Shown here piece after piece: positions 57,911 to 64,000 of a stretch of 64,000 bases of DNA. Numbering within the stretch: the stretch's first letter is position 1; every line of letters begins with the position of its first letter. The stretch is from contig CBDBDQ010000005.1 in NCBI GenBank assembly GCA_965203905.1, forward strand, positions 480,001-544,000. Reading direction: 5' to 3'. Origin of the DNA: Spirochaetia bacterium. Its GTDB lineage: Bacteria > Spirochaetota > Spirochaetia > SZUA-6 > Bin103. The notes under the pieces are model-generated. The model was not told where the DNA came from. It ran no database searches and saw nothing but the letters and a program-made list of their open reading frames with translations. The translations under genes and the position numbers were made by a program.

Positions 57911-58638
57911 CTACGGACGAGCTCTATCCCGTCCTTTTGCCGTTCGGCTGGCGACTGAACACTCACACCGGCCGGGCTCGTCTTGCGGTCCAGCGAACGG
58001 GCGTCCCCACGCGACGTCCGCAGATCTGGTGCGCGGCTGCGGGCCGCCGGCAACTGACGCGCCGCTCGCCGGCGTCAGCGCGCTCTCCTCCAGCTCGATG
58101 CCGAGGCCGGGACCCGGCGGCAAGGCCAGCGCCCCGTCCTCGATCGGCCACGGCAGCGTGCCGCCGGTGGCGATGGCGGCAGACGGTTGCTCATGGTTGA
58201 TGAAGCACTCCACGATGAGCAGATTTGGCATCCCCACGGCGGCATGTAGGGTGGCTGCCAGACCACACGTTAGGCTGTTGTACTGGTGCGGTGCCGCTGC
58301 CACATGGTGGCTCTCAGCACTCGCCGCTATCTGGCGCAGATCGAGGATGCCCCCGGTCGCGCACACGTCCGGATTCACGATGTCCGCGGCGCGGAGGACC
58401 AATACGTCGCGGAACTCAGCCATGCCGTACAGTTCCTCGCCGGTGACGACTGGCACGTCGACCGCGGCGCGGACCTCTGCCAGCGAAACCAGGTCGCGGG
58501 ACGAGATCGGCTCCTCGAACCAGAAAGGCCGGTAGGCTTCGATGCGCCGCGCGAAGGCGATTGCGACCATTGGCGCCAGACGGCGGTGCGCTTCGACACC
58601 CATCTGGCGATCGGCCATAACCACCTGGAAGAGTTCAT
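57911..58638 (-). pseudogene. Mandelate racemase/galactonate dehydratase-like gene, N-terminal domain missing
   Basis: 'VEAH..FWFEEP..TGEE..NPD..GG..APH..GPGLG'; the RBS+ATG at 58638 is out of frame with this body. Confidence 0.75.
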
Positions 58639-58665
58639 GGTATCCCTGCTCTCTTGAAGCCGAAG

Positions 58666-59970
58666 CTACATCGACCGGAGCGTTTGGTCAGCGGCCTCCA
58701 GGGTCCTGTCGATGTCCTCTTCGGTATGAGCCGTGGACAGGAACCACCTCCCGTCATTCAGCAGCCGCACACCTCGTTCCAGCATCCCGGTCCTGAACAG
58801 CAGATATCTTTTGGTATCCGAGCTTGTGGCATCCGAGCGGTAGTCGGGGAGCTCTTTTTCAGTAGTGAAGATCAGGTGAAACGCGGGCCCAAGACCCTGG
58901 ATGAGCACATCCTCTTGGTGGGTGACAGAGAGCGTCCGTAGCCCATCCATCAACCTTGTTCCCACAGAATAGATGTGTTCGTAAACGGCGCCGTCGTCTT
59001 CCATCAGCTTGCTGATGCAGGCTTGGGCCGCGGCCATCACCATGACATTACTGTTGTAGGTCCCTGCCAGTACCGTGGTGCTGTCCTCCAGCGAGGCCAT
59101 CAAGTCGCGCTTCGCGGCTACCATCGAGATGGGAAACCCGCCGGCCATGGCCTTGGCGAAGACACCCATGTCCGGGGTCACGCCGAGGTATTCCTGGGCG
59201 CCTCCCAAGGCGATGCGAAACCCGGTGATCACTTCGTCGAAGATGAGGACTATCCCGTTATCGTGGCACAGCTTGCGGACGCCCTCGAGGTATCCGGCTC
59301 GAGGCAGGGACGAGTTGACGTTGCAAGCGATGGCTTCCGTTATGATGGCAGCCAAATGGTCCTTGTGCTCCTCGACGGCTTTCGTTAGCACATCGAGATC
59401 GTTCCAGGGCAGGACGATGACCTCCTCCGCAGAACCGGTCGCTTGTCCAGCGGAAACAGCAACCGGCGTAGGGCAGTCATACTCTCCAATACGGTCTAGA
59501 GGCGGGTGCAAGGTGCTGTACATCACGCTATCCATCCAGCCATGGTAGTGACCCTCGAACTTGATGAACTTGTTGCGACCGGTGTGGGCTCGAGCCATGC
59601 GCAGAGCCGATTGGACGGCCTCCGTTCCGGAGCTGCTGTAGCGCACCAATTCAGCACACGGGACTGCCTTCTGGACCATCTCGGAGACCTCGATCTCCAG
59701 GTCATGTTGGCCCGAAAAGACCTGGAAGCGCTGCATCTCCCGGATCACGGCTTCCAGGAGGAAGTCAGGAGAATGGCCGAAGAATGCGGGTCCGTTGGCC
59801 ATTTGGTAGTCGATATACTCGTTGCCATCTACGTCGAACAGCTTTGAACCCTTAGCGCGTTCGAAGAACAGTGGAATCGGCTGCTCGCCGATCCTGACCT
59901 GGCTGCTGACGCCTCCCGCGAGGGACCGCTTTGATCGTTCATATAGAGCCTTCGACTTTTCGTAACTCAC
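58666..59970 (-). CDS. Class III aminotransferase (glutamate-1-semialdehyde aminomutase-like)
   Basis: 'SSGTEA', 'EGHYHG', 'LIFDEVITGFR', 'FAKAMAGG'. Confidence 0.9.
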   Translation of the reverse strand: MSYEKSKALYERSKRSLAGGVSSQVRIGEQPIPLFFERAKGSKLFDVDGNEYIDYQMANGPAFFGHSPDFLLEAVIREMQRFQVFSGQHDLEIEVSEMVQKAVPCAELVRYSSSGTEAVQSALRMARAHTGRNKFIKFEGHYHGWMDSVMYSTLHPPLDRIGEYDCPTPVAVSAGQATGSAEEVIVLPWNDLDVLTKAVEEHKDHLAAIITEAIACNVNSSLPRAGYLEGVRKLCHDNGIVLIFDEVITGFRIALGGAQEYLGVTPDMGVFAKAMAGGFPISMVAAKRDLMASLEDSTTVLAGTYNSNVMVMAAAQACISKLMEDDGAVYEHIYSVGTRLMDGLRTLSVTHQEDVLIQGLGPAFHLIFTTEKELPDYRSDATSSDTKRYLLFRTGMLERGVRLLNDGRWFLSTAHTEEDIDRTLEAADQTLRSM

Positions 59971-60010
59971 CGCGTTTCTCCCGTCAAGCACAGATAAACT
60001 CGGCCATCAT

Positions 60011-60658
60011 TCACAACGTCCGAACTGACTCTGACAAGTCGTACTCGTCCATGGCCACAGCCATGTGGGCTGCCTCGAGAGGGGACCACTCGCAGTTGAT
60101 GTCCACCGCAAGCGGCGTGCCGTCGCCGATCGCCACCCGCGCCGCGCGTACGCTCTCCACGTCGATCTGGTGGAGCTTGACCATCTCGTAGCCCTCGCGG
60201 ACAGCCTGTGCCGCGTGCTCGGCCATCCGATCGCGGTCGGTGTAGCGCACCAGGCTGGCGTAGGCCTTGATCTCCCGTTCTGCAGCGCCGCCCAGCAGCT
60301 CGTAGAGCGGTTTGCCGGCGCGTTTCCCGGCCAGGTCCCACAGGGCGACCTCCACTCCACTGATTGCGAAGGTGGTCACCCCGTACCGACCGAAGAGGTG
60401 AGTCTTCCGGAACAAGCTGTCCAGGATTCCCCGGATGTCCGATGCGTCCCGGCCGACGAGAAGCGGGCGTAGGGTATGATTGACCATCGCGGTAACCGAT
60501 GCGGCCTGGCCGTAGCCGTAGGCCTCGCCCCAGCCGACCAATCCATCATCGGTTTTGACCTCCACCATCACTTGGTTGAACGTTTCCCATATCCAAGGGA
60601 TGGTGCCGTCTTTGGGGGGAATGGCCAGCGGGATCGCCGTCACTTGTGCGATGTTCAC
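60011..60658 (-). pseudogene. Mandelate racemase/MLE-family gene truncated before the 'EEP' motif
   Basis: 'GWGEA', 'ALWDLAGK..PLYELLGG', 'VKL', 'VDIN', then an abrupt end after 'YDL'. Confidence 0.8.
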
Positions 60659-60837
60659 GTCGGGTTCCTTGCACGGAGCGCCGTGCAGCGCTGGTGGTGA
60701 CAGCGCCTACCAGAGCCGCACCGGACACACCGACCGTGAAAGACCGGAGTGTCCGGTGGCGCGATGAGGACCTTACCAGATTTTCCGCCCCGTGGCGCAG
60801 GATCGGCGCCGGGCCACTGGAGTGCGCGCCGCCTCGT

Positions 60838-61929
60838 CTATTTTTGCGAGTGGTCAGTCGGAGCGAAGTCTTCCTCGCGGAACCAGCAGCCCCGGATGTA
60901 GGACTTGGGTGCCTCATCACGGTGGTGATAAGCGCAGAAGATCTCTCCGTCCTCGAACTGAATCCACCCGCCGTAGCCGTAGTCGGCAGGATCCTTGCAC
61001 CCGTCGTGTTCCAGCTCGAGAAAGCGTGACTCACCGCCGCAGCCACCCAGGCCTGCCAGGTCCCCAAGCCAGGCCCAGGTGCCCGGACGTGCTCCCACCT
61101 TCAGCTTTCGCTCTCCGGGGGCGGGCTCCACGTTGCGGTACGTCACCAGGATCCGACCACTCTGCAGCAGGCCTGCGGCGGGCCGATCCGCGTAGAAGGC
61201 CGTCGGAGCTGGCGTAGACCAGGTATTGCCCTCATCTTCTGACAGGCAGTAATGCGAGGGACGCTTGATATGCTCATTCTCTCGCATGACGCACAGCAGC
61301 CGCCCGTCCGCCAGCGGCACCACGGATGGCTCGTTGTGCTGCACTCCGTCCTGTTCGGCCACCAGGGCGTTGAGCGGCCAGGTACGACCGCCGTCGAAGG
61401 AATGTGCCGCGTTCACCCGCATGGCGCCGGGAAACCTGACGCTCCAGTAGCCGATCGCCATCAGCCAGTGATCGTCAGTCAGCACGCGCAGCTTGTCCGA
61501 GCATGCGCCTTCGATCTCCGTCGAGCGGCGCTCGCTCCAAGTACGCCCCTCGTCGTCGCTGAACCAGAGAAAGGTCCGGAAACAGAGCCGATGCTGGGGC
61601 CAATTCCAATCGTCAGCCTCATCAGGGAACAGGAATGCGTCGAAGTTTGCCACGAGACGCCCGTCGGGCAGTACGCGGATACGGGGCGCGTTCCAGGTCG
61701 ACCTGTTCTGGGCGAAGGAGCGCCTTGTGTCAAAGGGCCGTTTGTTCGTCCACGTGCGGCCGCGGTCCTCGCTCTCCATGAGGATCATCCGCGACGTGCT
61801 GGCCCTGTGCACATCTGATTCGCGGTAGATGCAGAGCAGCTTGCCCGTTGGCAGCTGGCAAATGTCGGGAAAGGCTTCATACACATCATCGTCGCGCACG
61901 ATGGTCACATGCCGTAACGCATCCGTCAC
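60838..61929 (-). CDS. Sialidase-like BNR/Asp-box beta-propeller protein
   Basis: Four Asp-boxes: SEDRGRTW, SDDEGRTW, SFDGGRTW, SEDEGNTW. Confidence 0.88.
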   Translation of the reverse strand: MTDALRHVTIVRDDDVYEAFPDICQLPTGKLLCIYRESDVHRASTSRMILMESEDRGRTWTNKRPFDTRRSFAQNRSTWNAPRIRVLPDGRLVANFDAFLFPDEADDWNWPQHRLCFRTFLWFSDDEGRTWSERRSTEIEGACSDKLRVLTDDHWLMAIGYWSVRFPGAMRVNAAHSFDGGRTWPLNALVAEQDGVQHNEPSVVPLADGRLLCVMRENEHIKRPSHYCLSEDEGNTWSTPAPTAFYADRPAAGLLQSGRILVTYRNVEPAPGERKLKVGARPGTWAWLGDLAGLGGCGGESRFLELEHDGCKDPADYGYGGWIQFEDGEIFCAYHHRDEAPKSYIRGCWFREEDFAPTDHSQK

Positions 61930-62044
61930 AGGCTACCTCCTCGCTGGGCCTCGTCTCTGACACCACGATTCATACGCACCAAGAGAGGGGGTGAATCGCG
62001 CTTGAACGACGGATCTGCAACGCCACCTTCCTGCGTCGCAGGCC

Positions 62045-63415
62045 TCACACACCCTGCCCTGCCAGCCGTGCCTTCCGTTCCTCCAGCGGCATGTACTCTC
62101 CTGTCGCATCGTAGAGCTCCATGACGCGGTCGATCTGTCCGAACACCTTCTCGAACGCCTCCACGTACCGGTCCATCAGCTCACAACCGTTGGGCGGAAT
62201 CAGCCGCCGAACGCAGAAAGAGTTGTCCAGAATGGCAAACGCATTCGGGTAGTCGTTCAGATCGTATGTCACGTCGCTCCCGTGCTCCCTCCAAGGGCTG
62301 CCGTTGCCGTACCCGATCTTTCTCTGCAACACCGTCTGTGCCGGCAGCGGCACCTTCTGCCAGAGCGCCGCGTCCACATTCTCCGCCTGCAGCGCCTGCA
62401 ATACGGCGTTCCTCAACTTTCCGGCTTCCACGTCCAGATTCAGCTTCTCCGGATCCACCTGTACGGAATAGATGTAATACGTGTGCGTCCGGTCTTCCGG
62501 AACCGTGGGCGTGGCCAGCCCCTCGATCCCCTTCAGCCTTTGCGTCAGGTACTCCGCGTTGCGCTGCGTGGCGCTGATGTAGCCATCCAGGTGTTTGAGC
62601 TTGACCTGCGCCAGCGCCGAAATCACCTCCGGCATCTTGTAGTTCCACCCGATCCGTTCATTCATATACGCTCGGACGTCGGCCTTCAGCCCTTCGCCCG
62701 GCTCGCCGAACAGCCGTGTCATCGCCGCCCGGTCGTACACCTCCTTGCTGTTGCTGGTCATCAACCCGCCTTCGCCTGTCATCAGTTGCTTGGTCGTACA
62801 CATGGAAAACCCGGCTGCATCTCCAATAGTCCCGGTCATCTGGCCGCGGTACAGACTGCCGTAGGCCTGCGCCGAGTCCTCGACCACCTTCAGGCCGTGT
62901 CGGCCAGCGATCTCTTTGACCGCGTCCATGTCGGCCGGCAGACCGTACACGTGCACGGCCATAATCGCCCGCGTCCTCTCCGTGATCTCCGCCTCGATCT
63001 TCGAAGTGTCGATGGTATAGGTCTCGGGGTCGATATCCACAAACACCGGAATCGCATTGTGGTGCAAAACCGCCAGGGCCGAAGCAACAAAACTGAACGC
63101 CGGCACAATCACCTCGTCCCCGGCTTCCACCCCCACCCCCGCAACCGCGCAGTGCAGCGCGGCCGTACCGTTGCAAACCGCCAGAGCGTACTTGGCCCTG
63201 GTCCACTCGCAGAATGCCTTTTCCAGCGCCTCGGACTGGGGCATCCCAACGGGCACCGCAATACTTAGATGTCCGCTTCGCATCACCTCGACCACCGCAT
63301 CGATCTCTTCTTTCCCGGCTTTGCGGTAGCGCTCCCAGTCGTGGTCCACCAGGTGGGCGGGTACGGCTGTTGATCCACCTTCCAGGGCGAGTTTCTGGGT
63401 CGTTCCGATCATCAT
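62045..63415 (-). CDS. DegT/DnrJ/EryC1/StrS aminotransferase
   Basis: 'NGTAALH', 'VEDSAQAYG', 'FS..TKQLMTGEGG'; AGGAG RBS. Confidence 0.92.
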   Translation of the reverse strand: MMIGTTQKLALEGGSTAVPAHLVDHDWERYRKAGKEEIDAVVEVMRSGHLSIAVPVGMPQSEALEKAFCEWTRAKYALAVCNGTAALHCAVAGVGVEAGDEVIVPAFSFVASALAVLHHNAIPVFVDIDPETYTIDTSKIEAEITERTRAIMAVHVYGLPADMDAVKEIAGRHGLKVVEDSAQAYGSLYRGQMTGTIGDAAGFSMCTTKQLMTGEGGLMTSNSKEVYDRAAMTRLFGEPGEGLKADVRAYMNERIGWNYKMPEVISALAQVKLKHLDGYISATQRNAEYLTQRLKGIEGLATPTVPEDRTHTYYIYSVQVDPEKLNLDVEAGKLRNAVLQALQAENVDAALWQKVPLPAQTVLQRKIGYGNGSPWREHGSDVTYDLNDYPNAFAILDNSFCVRRLIPPNGCELMDRYVEAFEKVFGQIDRVMELYDATGEYMPLEERKARLAGQGV

Positions 63416-63424
63416 GCTCTCCTG

Positions 63425-63680
63425 CCATGGGGTTGGCCATAGAAAAGGCCAAAGCACAGAGTATCGCGATTGTAGGTCTCGCGCAAATGCACCATGATGT
63501 TTGATTGGGCCACGACCGCTCTGTCGGGAGTCAAGGTGGACCATGCATATCACAGAGGCGAACGGTTGCCGCCAGACTGCATCGTCGATGAAGATGGCAA
63601 GGCTACCACCAATCCCAACGACTTTTTTCACGGTGGAGGCCATCTACCCTTTGGGGCACACAAAGGGTATACACTTGGCA
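63425..63680 (+). pseudogene. Ldh_2 (malate/L-lactate dehydrogenase family) remnant
   Basis: 'AMGLAIEKAK..IAIVG..H' joined out of frame to 'FDWATT..DEDGKATTNP..LPFGAHKGY'. Confidence 0.75.
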
Positions 63681-63842
63681 ATCGTTCATCGAAGCAGCGG
63701 CGCTGGTGGATGTGAAGGTAGCTTGACTCGATCTCCGTTCGAATCGTATTTCTGGGCGACAAAGAGGGGAAGCGCCGCAACCGCGGTCACCTCCCCTCTG
63801 TTTCTCCTATCGACTCGCGCCTAGCGCGGATTCTCCAATAAG

Positions 63843-64000
63843 CTAGTACTTGATGTACCAAGCGCTCCGCTGCGAGGGGATGATCTCCCCCGGCATCGGA
63901 TCGGGTACGTTGCCGATCCGGTTGTTGTGGATGTAGGTAAAGCCGGTGGCGTCCCACTTCAAGAGGCCGAGCTCCCACAGATTGTCGGTGTGGATCTTGA
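63843..64000 (-). CDS. 3' end of a gene entering from the right edge, possibly a family-5 ABC substrate-binding protein
   Basis: 'KIHTDNLWELG..NRIGNVPDP..WYIKY*'. Confidence 0.5.
   Translation of the reverse strand, partial: KIHTDNLWELGLLKWDATGFTYIHNNRIGNVPDPMPGEIIPSQRSAWYIKY

Noticed and set aside
57911-60658. One MR/MLE gene split by insertion of the aminotransferase
   Set aside because: Both fragments contain the first metal-ligand strand (VDIN vs VEAH), so they come from two different genes.

Overview
High-GC bacterial window with about 55 genes and remnants. I saw no rRNA, tRNA or CRISPR array. The solute-binding-protein leaders ('..FASGEDEA', '..FAGGEEEA') are Spirochaetota-like, and the gene mix resembles sponge-symbiont genomes; both points are inference. 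The backbone is carbohydrate and small-molecule catabolism: three complete LplABC-type permease+SBP clusters plus lone SBPs, PhyH dioxygenases, a sulfatase, an amidase, duplicated uxuA, a PL26-like lyase, a sialidase-like protein and aminotransferases. Defence and toxin-antitoxin cassettes are scattered through it, and many have lost their toxic half by internal deletion. Most notable: (1) a ~1.75 kb putative mobile element (28703-30458) encoding a 516-aa protein with a Rep_trans-like 'KMYDK..LRVETT' tyrosine motif, with hairpins at both ends, a shared terminal 10-mer and a structured leader that hides its own RBS; (2) pervasive leaderless gene starts (TANNNT + 6-7 nt + start codon); (3) a PtuA/PtuB-like pair with no RT, preceded by an inverted-repeat-bounded ~220-nt segment; (4) a DUF222-like HNH gene with periodic palindromes in its linker; (5) an Rpn gene with an internal antitoxin-type start. 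All family calls are from motif recognition, not database searches.
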